A stretch of 64,000 nt of DNA from positions 1,791 to 65,790 of the forward strand of contig CAOJHI010000001.1 in assembly GCA_948436005.1 (NCBI GenBank), written 5' to 3'. Shown here piece after piece: positions 9,811 to 18,892 of this stretch (positions within the stretch are counted from its first letter, which is position 1; each line of letters starts with the position of its first letter). The notes under the pieces were generated by a model. The model did no database searches, was not told the DNA's origin, and saw nothing but the letters and a program-made list of their open reading frames with translations. The position numbers were made by a program, and so were the translations under genes. The stretch is from an uncultured Lachnospiraceae bacterium (lineage in GTDB: Bacteria; Bacillota; Clostridia; Lachnospirales; Lachnospiraceae).

Positions 9811-10067
9811 AATAAATGCTCCTTTCTGTTTTGGTGGCAAGTCTTGCCGATATTAGGCGTATGTTTTCTTTCCGTTCTGTATAAACGACAAATAGAACAT
9901 CATTTACCATTCCAATAGTATTATAGCGGTCTTCATTAATACTATGTTCCATATCATAAATTTCAATGCGTTGTAAATCGTTAAAGACTAACATTGCTGT
10001 TTCAAAATCAATTCCATGTTTCTTTAAATTTCAGTTGATTTTTATCCTCATCCCATTCAAATTTCAA
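9785..10067 (-). pseudogene. brnT: BrnT-family toxin interrupted by a 1-nt frameshift
   Basis: AGGAGG + TTG start, LKFEWDEDKNQ in one frame; KKHGIDFETA...EDRY..IG...LFVVYTER..IRLISARLA in another. Confidence 0.8.
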
Positions 10068-10364
10068 TGCGATACCTCCTGTTCGTGTTGAAAAGGTATT
10101 TACATTGTACACTATTTGGGACAGAAATAAAAGAAATATTGATATGTTTGAATTGTTCGAATATTTCAAAATGGCAGTAGCAGAATTATAAAAAGTTGTT
10201 CTAAGCGTAATGGAAATTATTAAAAGTAGCAGAGGATTCCAGACTACATCTATGGGTAAAATAGGGGTATAACGAAGGACAACAAAAGGACAATCAAAAA
10301 GGGAACAAACCATTTCCGGTTTATTCCCTCAAACTTCAGAATTCTTTAAAAACAGATGTTTTGA

Positions 10365-10907
10365 TTAGCCAAAATATCTCTCCAGAAGTCCCTTGAATGC
10401 TTTGCCGTGACGAGCCTCGTCGCGTGCCATCTCATGAACGGTGTCATGGATTGCATCCAGGTTTGCAGCTTTTGCACGCTTAGCCAGGTCAAATTTACCA
10501 GCGGTAGCGCCGTTTTCTGCTTCTACACGCATTTCAAGATTTTTCTTTGTGCTGTCTGTCAGAACTTCGCCGAGGAGCTCTGCAAATTTAGCAGCATGCT
10601 CTGCTTCTTCGTAAGCAGCTTTCTCCCAGTAAAGGCCGATTTCCGGATAACCTTCTCTGTGAGCAACTCTTGCCATAGCCAGGTACATACCAACTTCGGA
10701 ACATTCACCTTCAAAGTTTGCGCGAAGGTCAGCAAGGATATCATCAGATACACCCTTTGCTACGCCGACAACGTGCTCTGCTGCCCATGTCATTTCGCCT
10801 GTCATCTCAGTGAATTTCTCAGCCGGTGCCTTACATACCGGACACTGTGCCGGAGCTGCATCTCCCTCATAAACATAGCCGCATACGTTACATACAAATT
10901 TTGCCAT
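10365..10907 (-). CDS. reverse rubrerythrin (NADH peroxidase)
   Basis: N-terminal CNVC..CPVC rubredoxin domain, then ferritin-like EEAEHA and DEARHG. Confidence 0.93.
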   Translation of the reverse strand: MAKFVCNVCGYVYEGDAAPAQCPVCKAPAEKFTEMTGEMTWAAEHVVGVAKGVSDDILADLRANFEGECSEVGMYLAMARVAHREGYPEIGLYWEKAAYEEAEHAAKFAELLGEVLTDSTKKNLEMRVEAENGATAGKFDLAKRAKAANLDAIHDTVHEMARDEARHGKAFKGLLERYFG

Positions 10908-10949
10908 AATAGTGGTCTCCTTTTCTTTATGATAACTTTTTCTTAAAAT

Positions 10950-10997
10950 CAGTAATAATTACTGTTTTAATATAGCATCTGATTTACAGATTGTCAA
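10950..10997 (-). promoter_or_regulatory. sigma-A promoter with adjacent Per/Fur-like 7-1-7 operator
   Basis: TTGACA(10997-10992)-N17-TATATT(10974-10969); CAGTAAT-A-ATTACTG at 10950-10964. Confidence 0.7.
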
Positions 10998-11049
10998 GCG
11001 CATTTTAACATTATTATTACAAAAAATTCCAGTCTTTATTCGTAGAAAA

Positions 11050-11460
11050 TTACGGATTTTGGTGCAAAGGAATTGGTTGTTTTTCGCATTCGCGGCATAC
11101 CCCGTAGAAATTGGCGTGGAAAGCTTCTATTTTACCAGGCACACTTTCAACGGCTTTGCCAAGAAGGGAATGGATCTCCGGGATTCGGACATCATATACC
11201 TTGTGGCAGTGTGAGCAGATGAAATGCTGGTGGGGGTCCATGTTGCCGTCGTAATGTTCCGCACTGTCTCCGGTGGAAATCCTGGAAATCTCGCCGAGCT
11301 GTTCCAGAAGAGAAAGATTACGGTAAACGGTACCGAGGCTGATGTTTGGATACGTCTCCCGCAGACAGGTATAAACCGTGTCTGCAGTTGGGTGATCGGT
11401 TCGGTTTTTTAAAAATGTTTTGATGGCTTCGCGCTGTCTGCTGTATTTTAAAGTAGTCAT
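11050..11460 (-). CDS. Fur-family regulator, PerR-like
   Basis: SRQRE, HPTAD.VY, ISLGTVYRNL, HQHFICSHC, GVCREC; adjacent to reverse rubrerythrin. Confidence 0.88.
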   Translation of the reverse strand: MTTLKYSRQREAIKTFLKNRTDHPTADTVYTCLRETYPNISLGTVYRNLSLLEQLGEISRISTGDSAEHYDGNMDPHQHFICSHCHKVYDVRIPEIHSLLGKAVESVPGKIEAFHANFYGVCRECEKQPIPLHQNP

Positions 11461-11470
11461 AGTATTCTCC

Positions 11471-11524
11471 AAAACAGTAATAGTTATTAATATTTAATAT
11501 AACAGAAAGAAAAAACTGTGTCAA
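11471..11524 (-). promoter_or_regulatory. sigma-A promoter with related operator (possible autoregulation)
   Basis: TTGACA-N17-TATATT; shares the ATTACTGTTTT half-site with the 10950 operator. Confidence 0.55.
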
Positions 11525-11587
11525 TTCTTTTCAAGCAAAGTATTTTGGGGTATGATAAAGAAAGCAGGAAACAAAAGGAGGGCAAAT

Positions 11588-12508
11588 ATGATATATGATG
11601 TGATCATTATCGGCTCCGGTCCGGCAGGACTGGCGGCAGCTATTTATGCACAGAGAGCCAGATTGTCAGCAGTTGTTCTGGAAAAGGAATATGTAAGCGG
11701 CGGGCAGGTTTTGAATACGTATGAGGTGGATAATTATCCGGGACTTCCGGGAATCGGAGGTTATGAACTTGGGATGAAGCTGCGGGAGCACGCTGAGAAG
11801 CTTGGAGCGCAGTTTATTAATATAGAAGCAAAGCATATCGCACTGGAGGATGACGGAAAAATAAAGGCAGTGTATACAGAGCGGGAAGAGTTCCGCGCAC
11901 GTACCGTCGTTCTGGCAATGGGAGCACGGTACCGCCATCTAGAGGTTCCGGGTGAGGAGGAGCTGACAGGAATGGGCGTTTCTTACTGTGCCACCTGCGA
12001 CGGCGCGTTCTTTAAAGGCAGAACGGTTGCAGTTGTCGGGGGCGGCGATGTGGCTGTAGAAGACGCGCTGTTTCTGGCCAGGGGATGTGAGAAGGTATAT
12101 CTCATTCACCGCAGAAATGAACTGCGGGCTGCTGCAATTTTGCAGGAGCAGCTTGGCAAATGTAATAATGTTGAATTTCTCTGGGACACGGAAGTGATCT
12201 CCATTCCGGGTGAGGACCACGTGGAGGGATTAAGAATACGCAATAAAAAAGAGAACGCAGAGCGTTTTTTGGAGGTTGACGGTGTCTTCATTGCTGTCGG
12301 AACAATACCAAATACCGGAATCATTACAAAATTATTACATCTTGATAACAACGGATGTATTATTGCCACTGAAGACGGAAAAACAGAAATCCCGGGTATT
12401 TTTGCAGCAGGCGACATCCGAACCAAGCAATTACGCCAGATTGTGACAGCTGTAGCGGATGGAGCGAATGTAATTACGTCTGTACAGGGCTATCTGAACA
12501 CGCTTTAA
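11588..12508 (+). CDS. trxB: thioredoxin reductase
   Basis: GSGPAG, GVSYCATCDG, GGGDVA, IHRR, FAAGD. Confidence 0.95.
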   Translation: MIYDVIIIGSGPAGLAAAIYAQRARLSAVVLEKEYVSGGQVLNTYEVDNYPGLPGIGGYELGMKLREHAEKLGAQFINIEAKHIALEDDGKIKAVYTEREEFRARTVVLAMGARYRHLEVPGEEELTGMGVSYCATCDGAFFKGRTVAVVGGGDVAVEDALFLARGCEKVYLIHRRNELRAAAILQEQLGKCNNVEFLWDTEVISIPGEDHVEGLRIRNKKENAERFLEVDGVFIAVGTIPNTGIITKLLHLDNNGCIIATEDGKTEIPGIFAAGDIRTKQLRQIVTAVADGANVITSVQGYLNTL

Positions 12509-12669
12509 ATCCAATTATTACCATATTGTTACTTATTTCTTTTGAAAAAATTAAAAAAATATTTAAAATGCTTGACACGGGAGTTTACATTTGTTATGAT
12601 AAATGTGTAATAAATGTAATAAATTCGTAATAACTACGAAGCATTTGTTTTGGGAGGAAGGGATAAGTA

Positions 12670-14310
12670 ATGAAAAGAGGAGTATTACAGTTCACAGCGT
12701 GTTGTCTGGCTGCTGGGATGACGTTCACAGGAATGAGTACTGTGGCGTTTGCAGCGAAAGACTTAACACTGGCAGGATTTTCTGGCATACCGGCAGTGAC
12801 TGTTGAAAATAGAGTGGCACAGCCGCAGACAGAGAGTACAGAGACAGCAGCTGCACAGACAGAGGCTTTACAAACAGAAGCTTTACAGACAGAAGCACCG
12901 GCAGCGGAGACATCTGTTGACGTGCAGGCAGAAGTGCCGTATGAGACACAGGCCGAGACGGAAGTGCAGACAGAAGCACCGGAGCCGGTTGTTGACACAA
13001 GCATGAGCGGGGAGACAGCTTTTGCACAGTGTGAAGAATATATTAATGTAAGAAGCAGCGCCAGCGCAGACAGTGAAGTTGTTGGCAAAGTTTATAATAA
13101 TGGTTCTGTTACAATTTTAAGCCAGGTAGGTGACTGGTACGAAGTACAGTCCGGAAATGCGACCGGATACGTGAAGGCAGAGTTCTTTGCCATAGGCGAG
13201 CAGGCACAGTCGATTGCGAGCGAGGTGGCGTACAATGTTGCCACAGTTCATCCGGAAGCACTTGTGATCCGCAGCCAGCCAAGCGAGGATTCCGACCAGA
13301 TCGGTATGGCATACAGCTCTGATCAGCTTGAGGTGGTTCAGTATGAGGGCGACTGGATGAAGGTTGCACTCGGCGGCGATGTTTACGGTTATGTAAATGC
13401 ATATTACGTAGATTATGATACTTACTATGCTACGGCTGAGACGCTGGAAGAGGAGCAGGCAAGACTTGATCAGGAATGGCTCGATTATCTGGCAGATCAG
13501 GAAGCAGAGCGGGCAGCAGCAGAGCAGGCTTATCTGGATGCGATGGCAGAACAGGCGGCAGCGGAGCAGCAGGCTGCATGGGATGCAGAGTGGCAGGCAC
13601 AGCAGCAACAGCAGTCCAGTCAGACAGCTCAGGATGCACAGGCATCTGCTGATGCAGCATATCAGGAGTATCTGGCAGCGCAGGAAGCGGCAGACGCAGC
13701 AACGCAGCAGGCAGATGAGCAGGCTGTCATTGATGCAGCGAACGAGGCACAGGCAGCATATCAGGCATATTTGAATCAGCAGGCAGCAGCAGATCAGGCA
13801 GCGCAGGAGCAGCAGACTCAGCCGGAGTATACCGCGCCACAGCAGCCGAGCGAACCGGATTACACAGAGCCGGATTACTCTGAACCGGACTATTCCGAGC
13901 CAGATTATTCCGAACCGGATTATTCCGAACCGCAGGAGCCATCTTCAGGATACACCCTGGGACAGCAGATTGTGGATTTTGCAGTACAGTATGTTGGCTA
14001 TCCATATGTATGGGGCGGTACAAGCCTGACAAACGGAGCGGACTGTTCCGGCTTTACGCAGTCTGTTATGGCAAACTTTGGAATCAGCATTCCGCGTGTG
14101 GCGGCAGACCAGGCATACAGCGGTACACCGGTCAGCCTGAGTGAGATTCAGGCAGGAGACCTGCTCTTCTACGAAGGCGGCGGCGGAATCGGACATGTAA
14201 CGATCTACATGGGTAACGGCCAGGTGGTACATGCCAGCACGTCAGACACAGGTATCATTATTTCTGATTACAATTACAGAACACCGGTCAGCGCAAGAAG
14301 ATACTGGTAA
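12670..14310 (+). CDS. secreted SH3b-SH3b-coiled coil-NlpC/P60 peptidoglycan endopeptidase
   Basis: signal peptide; INVRSS..GKV..WYEV..GYV; YVWGG, DCSGFT, GDLLF, HVTIY, HAS. Confidence 0.92.
   Translation: MKRGVLQFTACCLAAGMTFTGMSTVAFAAKDLTLAGFSGIPAVTVENRVAQPQTESTETAAAQTEALQTEALQTEAPAAETSVDVQAEVPYETQAETEVQTEAPEPVVDTSMSGETAFAQCEEYINVRSSASADSEVVGKVYNNGSVTILSQVGDWYEVQSGNATGYVKAEFFAIGEQAQSIASEVAYNVATVHPEALVIRSQPSEDSDQIGMAYSSDQLEVVQYEGDWMKVALGGDVYGYVNAYYVDYDTYYATAETLEEEQARLDQEWLDYLADQEAERAAAEQAYLDAMAEQAAAEQQAAWDAEWQAQQQQQSSQTAQDAQASADAAYQEYLAAQEAADAATQQADEQAVIDAANEAQAAYQAYLNQQAAADQAAQEQQTQPEYTAPQQPSEPDYTEPDYSEPDYSEPDYSEPDYSEPQEPSSGYTLGQQIVDFAVQYVGYPYVWGGTSLTNGADCSGFTQSVMANFGISIPRVAADQAYSGTPVSLSEIQAGDLLFYEGGGGIGHVTIYMGNGQVVHASTSDTGIIISDYNYRTPVSARRYW
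13852..13932 (+). repeat. 15-bp coding tandem repeat (EPDYS/T x5)
   Basis: GARCCRGAYTAYWCH units. Confidence 0.85.
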
Positions 14311-14334
14311 ATACATAATGAAAAAAGATAAAAC

Positions 14335-14362
14335 GGGAGTCCACTGGCAACAGTGGGCTCCC
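14335..14362 (+). terminator. hairpin after NlpC/P60 gene
   Basis: GGGAGTCCACTG-GCAA-CAGTGGGCTCCC. Confidence 0.6.
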
Positions 14363-14448
14363 TTCCTTACTCTGTTGCTGAATTTTTCTTGCGTGATATA
14401 TGTGAAGGTGGTATACTTGGCTCAAACAGGTTTCAGGAGACAAGGCTT

Positions 14449-15864
14449 ATGAAAAAAAATGACTGGTACGATGCCGGGGACCAGATTAAAAGGCTGGTAC
14501 AGGATGCTGTGGACAGTAAGGATTTTTCAGAATTGAGTGCTACGATTGCAAATGTGGTAAATGATACCGTGAACAGTGTGCAGTCTGCAATCAAAGAAAA
14601 TTTTTCCCGCAGACCTGCCAGTGCTGATACGTCAGGACAAAAACAGGAAGCCCGTGATGTGTATCAGTATACAAACCGCCGGGCTGCTGAGCAGATTCGC
14701 CGCAATGTGCAGGAAAGGCGACGCCGGGCTGCGCAGACGGAGGAAAAGAAAGCAGCGTTTCGGGGTTACGCTTCATCCGGGAACGTGATTCAGAAAGAAA
14801 ACCAAAAGGACCGTACACACGCCGTGAAAGCAGTGAAGCTGCGGGTTCCGGGCGAGATTTCAGGGCAGGTAATGAAATGGACCGGTTACAGCATTGGCAG
14901 TATGTGCGGATTTTCTCTTGCTATTCTTGCGATTGTTGCTTATGGGACAGGCATGAGCATTGTGATACCGGGAGGGATTCTGGCGATTTGCTTCAGTGCA
15001 TTTATGGCATTTGGAAGCAGAGGCAGCGTGAGAGTTAAGCTGGCGAACCGTTTCCGCAGATATAAAGCAGTGCTTGGGAACCGGACCTACTGTCTTGTGG
15101 AGGAGCTGGCGGCAGCTATCGGAAAAAGCGATAAATTTGTACAGAAGGATCTGAAAAAAATGATTGGCCGTGGTTTTTTTAAGGACGGATATCTGGCCAG
15201 GCAGGAATCGCTTCTGATCACAGATGGCACCACATACCAACAGTACCTTGATACGCAGACAGAATACGAACACCGTCAGATGGAGCGGCGTGCAGGCAAT
15301 GCGGATCAGGCGATGCGGGAGGTACTTTCAGAGAAGGAGCGGCAAAGCAAACAGGAGAGGCAGGAACAGAAAAGCGGTCCGCAGAAAAATACCGGCCGGC
15401 TTTCGCCGGAATGCCGGGAACTTATGGAAGAGGGAGAAAAATACATCCACCATATTCATGAGTGCAACGAAAGAATATCGGGCAAGGTGATTTCCGCAAA
15501 GCTGGACCGTCTGGAGCTTGTGATCACGCGAATTTTCCGGGAAGTGGAAAAGGATCCCGGTTCTGTGTCTGATATGAGGAAGATGATGAGCTATTATCTT
15601 CCGACAACATCCAAGCTTCTGGATGCATATTGTGAGCTGGATTCACAGCCGATCACAGGACAGAACATCGAAAATACGAAAAAAGAGATTGAAAAGGCGC
15701 TGGATACCATCAACACAGCGTTTGAGAATTTCCTGGACAGTTTTTATGAAGAGAAGGCATGGGATATTTCGTCTGATATTTCTGTGCTGAATACCATGCT
15801 GGCACAGGAAGGGCTTACAGGAACAGATTTTGGCAGAGCCACAGGAGGGATAAAGAATGAGTGA
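14449..15864 (+). CDS. XpaC-like (5-bromo-4-chloroindolyl phosphate hydrolysis family) membrane protein
   Basis: 2 TM; YYLPTT.KLL..Y, DISSDISVLNTML; coupled to a TelA gene. Confidence 0.8.
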   Translation: MKKNDWYDAGDQIKRLVQDAVDSKDFSELSATIANVVNDTVNSVQSAIKENFSRRPASADTSGQKQEARDVYQYTNRRAAEQIRRNVQERRRRAAQTEEKKAAFRGYASSGNVIQKENQKDRTHAVKAVKLRVPGEISGQVMKWTGYSIGSMCGFSLAILAIVAYGTGMSIVIPGGILAICFSAFMAFGSRGSVRVKLANRFRRYKAVLGNRTYCLVEELAAAIGKSDKFVQKDLKKMIGRGFFKDGYLARQESLLITDGTTYQQYLDTQTEYEHRQMERRAGNADQAMREVLSEKERQSKQERQEQKSGPQKNTGRLSPECRELMEEGEKYIHHIHECNERISGKVISAKLDRLELVITRIFREVEKDPGSVSDMRKMMSYYLPTTSKLLDAYCELDSQPITGQNIENTKKEIEKALDTINTAFENFLDSFYEEKAWDISSDISVLNTMLAQEGLTGTDFGRATGGIKNE

Positions 15865-17023
15865 CGAATTTAAAGAGTTTCAGGAAGCACCGGCTCCCGT
15901 ATTGACATTTGGTACTCCGGAAGTTCAGAAGGAAGAGCCGTTGGCTGTGAAAGAGCAGCAAAAAGAGCCCACGGAAAAAGCAGAACCGCAACTTACCGAG
16001 GATATTCTGACGGATGCAGAAAAGAAAATGGTAGACGATTTCAGCCGTCAGATCAATTTGCATGATTCAAACGGCATTTTGCAGTATGGTGTCGGGACGC
16101 AGAAAAAGATGGCCGATTTTTCTGAGAGTGCGCTCAAAAATGTAAGAACCAAAGATCTCGGAGAGGTTGGAGATATGATTTCCTCTCTGGTGACTGAGCT
16201 GAAAAGCTTTGATGTGGATGAGGAAGAAAAAGGTTTTCTGGGACTCTTCAAAAAATCAGCCAACAAAGTGACTGCAATGAAGGCAAAGTATGAAAAAGCG
16301 GAAGTAAATGTAGAAAAGATCTGTGAAGTTCTGGAAAATCATCAGATGCAGCTGATGAAGGATGTGGCAGTTCTGGACAAGATGTACGGGCTGAACCTTT
16401 CCTATTTTAAAGAACTTTCTATGTATATTCTTGCAGGAAAGAAAAGGCTGCAGGAAGTTCGTGCGACTGAGCTGGCTGAGCTGATTGATAAAGCAAACCG
16501 CAGCAATCTTCCGGAAGATGCACAGGCAGCCAAAGACCTGGAATCACTTTGCGACCGTTTTGAGAAGAAGCTTCACGATCTGGAGCTTACTAGAATGATT
16601 GCAATTCAGACAGCGCCGCAGATTCGTCTGGTGCAGTCGAGCGATTCTCTGATGATTGAGAAGATTCAGTCTACGGTAGTGAATACGATTCCGCTCTGGA
16701 AGAGCCAGATGGTGATCGCGCTGGGTGTTGAGCATGCCAACCAGGCAGCCCGGGCACAGAGAGAAGTCACTGATATGACAAATGAGCTGTTGCGCAAAAA
16801 TGCAGATGCCCTGAAGGTGGCCACTGTAGAGAGTGCGAAAGCGTCAGAGCGCGGAATTGTGGATATTGAGACTTTGAAGGCAACAAATGCTTCCCTGATA
16901 TCGACGTTTGATGAGGTGATCCGGATTCAGGAGGATGGACGTCAGAAACGCCGTGTTGCGGAGGAAGAGCTGAACAGGATGGAGCTTGAGCTGAAAAATA
17001 AACTTCTTGAGATACACCGGTAG
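15857..17023 (+). CDS. toxic anion resistance protein (TelA/YaaN family)
   Basis: ILQYG..TQKK, QTAPQIRLVQ, NTIPLWKSQM, TNELLRKNA. Confidence 0.92.
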   Translation: MSDEFKEFQEAPAPVLTFGTPEVQKEEPLAVKEQQKEPTEKAEPQLTEDILTDAEKKMVDDFSRQINLHDSNGILQYGVGTQKKMADFSESALKNVRTKDLGEVGDMISSLVTELKSFDVDEEEKGFLGLFKKSANKVTAMKAKYEKAEVNVEKICEVLENHQMQLMKDVAVLDKMYGLNLSYFKELSMYILAGKKRLQEVRATELAELIDKANRSNLPEDAQAAKDLESLCDRFEKKLHDLELTRMIAIQTAPQIRLVQSSDSLMIEKIQSTVVNTIPLWKSQMVIALGVEHANQAARAQREVTDMTNELLRKNADALKVATVESAKASERGIVDIETLKATNASLISTFDEVIRIQEDGRQKRRVAEEELNRMELELKNKLLEIHR

Positions 17024-17180
17024 GAGCGGAAAAGGGGCTGTTGGAAACAGTGAACTATACATGATATGGCATAGATGTAACGGACATCGAGACCATACGT
17101 TGTGGGAACGCTGCATTTTGGGACACCCCGATGTATAAAAATTAGTATAAATAGCAGGACAGAGTTGAAAGGAGCAGGAT

Positions 17181-17297
17181 ATGGGAGTTTTTCTTACCGT
17201 TTTAATACTTTTTGTTGTAATTGTTGCAGTGATTGTTTCAGTTAGCACGATCAGTTCGGTATCTGGCGTGATAGCGGAGGAAGAGGACGAGGAATAA
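17181..17297 (+). CDS. 38-aa single-TM small protein with acidic tail (not in ORF track)
   Basis: AAAGGAG RBS; MGVFLTVLILFVVIVAVIVSVSTISSVSGVIAEEEDEE; ends 12 nt before the next ATG. Confidence 0.65.
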   Translation: MGVFLTVLILFVVIVAVIVSVSTISSVSGVIAEEEDEE

Positions 17298-17309
17298 AGG
17301 AAATCACAT

Positions 17310-18206
17310 ATGGAAATGTATACCGTTTCGCAGTGGGTCATGTTTTTTTACATCTACTGCTTTCTGGGTTGGATCTGGGAATGCTGTTACGTATCTGTTC
17401 ATGAGAAGAAGCTGGTAAACAGAGGATTTCTGAAAGGACCCTTTCTTCCGATTTACGGGAGTGGTGCACTTTGCATTTTGGTTGTAACGATTCCGATACG
17501 GGATAATCTTGTGCTGATGTTTCTGGCAGGCATGGTTGCACCGACGCTTCTCGAATATGTTACAGGGGCTGTGATGGAATGCCTGTTTCGGGTACGGTAC
17601 TGGGACTATTCTGATAAGTTTCTGAATGTAAACGGATATATCTGCCTGGGTTCGACTGTATGCTGGGGATTTATGACCGTGATTCTTGTGAAATTTGGAC
17701 ATCAGTATGTAGAACAGCTTGTCTTTGCGGTTGATGAGAAATATATAAAGCTGGCAGTTTTGGTGATTACACCTTTTATTGTGGCAGATTTTGTGACCTC
17801 TTTCCATGCAGCAGTACATCTGCGGGATATCCTTGTACAGAATGAGCTGATTCGGGAAGAACTGCGTAAGCTTTCTGAGAAACTGCATGAGCTGGAACAG
17901 TTTGCACAGGACACTGGAGAGAAAGCAAGAGAGCAGGTTGCATTTGTGAAAGAACAGGCACTTCTCGCCAAGGAACAGGTAGGGATTGTAAAAGAGCAGG
18001 CGCTTAATGCAAAAGACCAGGTTGTTTCAGAAATGCAGGAGCTGGCAGCTAAAATGGGCGAACTGAAGGGGCGCCTTGCCGTTACGTACGGCAGGTCGGT
18101 CCGTGGACTTTTAAAAAGAAATCCGGGGGCAGTTTCCAGATGGCATAAGGAAACTTTTACAGAGCTGAAGCAGAGCCTTATGGATAAGATCAACCGAAAA
18201 GGATAA
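17310..18206 (+). CDS. putative ABC transporter permease-like membrane protein (CmpB/DUF1113-like) with coiled-coil tail
   Basis: FFYIYCFLGWIWE, NRGFLKGPFLPIYG, LEY.TG, WDYS. Confidence 0.8.
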   Translation: MEMYTVSQWVMFFYIYCFLGWIWECCYVSVHEKKLVNRGFLKGPFLPIYGSGALCILVVTIPIRDNLVLMFLAGMVAPTLLEYVTGAVMECLFRVRYWDYSDKFLNVNGYICLGSTVCWGFMTVILVKFGHQYVEQLVFAVDEKYIKLAVLVITPFIVADFVTSFHAAVHLRDILVQNELIREELRKLSEKLHELEQFAQDTGEKAREQVAFVKEQALLAKEQVGIVKEQALNAKDQVVSEMQELAAKMGELKGRLAVTYGRSVRGLLKRNPGAVSRWHKETFTELKQSLMDKINRKG

Positions 18207-18241
18207 CCCTGGTGTCGCAGAGGAGAAAGTGGTGAGGAGAT

Positions 18242-18415
18242 ATGGTCACGGAAGAGTTTCTGACAGGTTTTTGTAAGCTGCAGAATCAGACGCGTATCGT
18301 GATCTGTGAAGTGGAGAAAAGGTCAGATGGAAGACAGGAACTGATTTCTTCTGACTGTTGTTATGGAAAGTGTGAACACAGCAAAGATTGTCTTTTGATG
18401 GGGCAGATAAAATGA
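18242..18415 (+). CDS. 57-aa Cys-rich small protein (not in ORF track)
   Basis: GAGGAG RBS; MVTEEFLTGFCKLQNQTRIVICEV...DCCYGKCEHSKDCLLMGQIK; ATGA overlap with the next gene. Confidence 0.7.
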   Translation: MVTEEFLTGFCKLQNQTRIVICEVEKRSDGRQELISSDCCYGKCEHSKDCLLMGQIK

Positions 18416-18840
18416 TGACATTTGAGGAATTTGAAGAGACTGCTTTGGAAATTGCAGAGACGTTCCCGGAAGATCTTGTCCGGGAACTGAACGGAGGGAT
18501 CATGGTTCGAAGACACAGGCGTATACACCCTGCGGCGCAGGACCATGATCTTTTTGTTTTGGGCGAATATCATGTGGACCGTTTTCTGGGCCGCTTTATT
18601 GTGCTGTATTATGGTTCTTTTGAGCTATGTTTTGGATACAGCAGTGCGGATGACCTGCGGGAGAGGATTCGGAAAGTATTGCTTCATGAATTCCGGCATC
18701 ATCTGGAGTCGCTGGCCGGTGAATACGATCTGGAAATTGAGGATGCTGTGGAGATATCACAGTACAGGTATCAGAAACAGATGCAAAAGGACTTGACGGA
18801 ATCCGTTTCGGGCGGTAAAATAGACACCGCGGACTTTTGA
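18412..18840 (+). CDS. zincin-like metallopeptidase family protein
   Basis: LGEY, IVLYYGSF, HEFRHHLE (HExxH). Confidence 0.8.
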   Translation: MMTFEEFEETALEIAETFPEDLVRELNGGIMVRRHRRIHPAAQDHDLFVLGEYHVDRFLGRFIVLYYGSFELCFGYSSADDLRERIRKVLLHEFRHHLESLAGEYDLEIEDAVEISQYRYQKQMQKDLTESVSGGKIDTADF

Positions 18841-18892
18841 TACGGACAAATGTTTGCAGCACAAGGACATTCCAATATAAGGAGGAGACATT

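Noticed and set aside
10100-10320. ORF 10008-10313 (-) and an interrupted plus-strand frame in the AT-rich gap
   Set aside because: Only the last codons of the minus ORF are the BrnT start; the rest has no RBS or recognisable motif, and the plus frame is too short to call.
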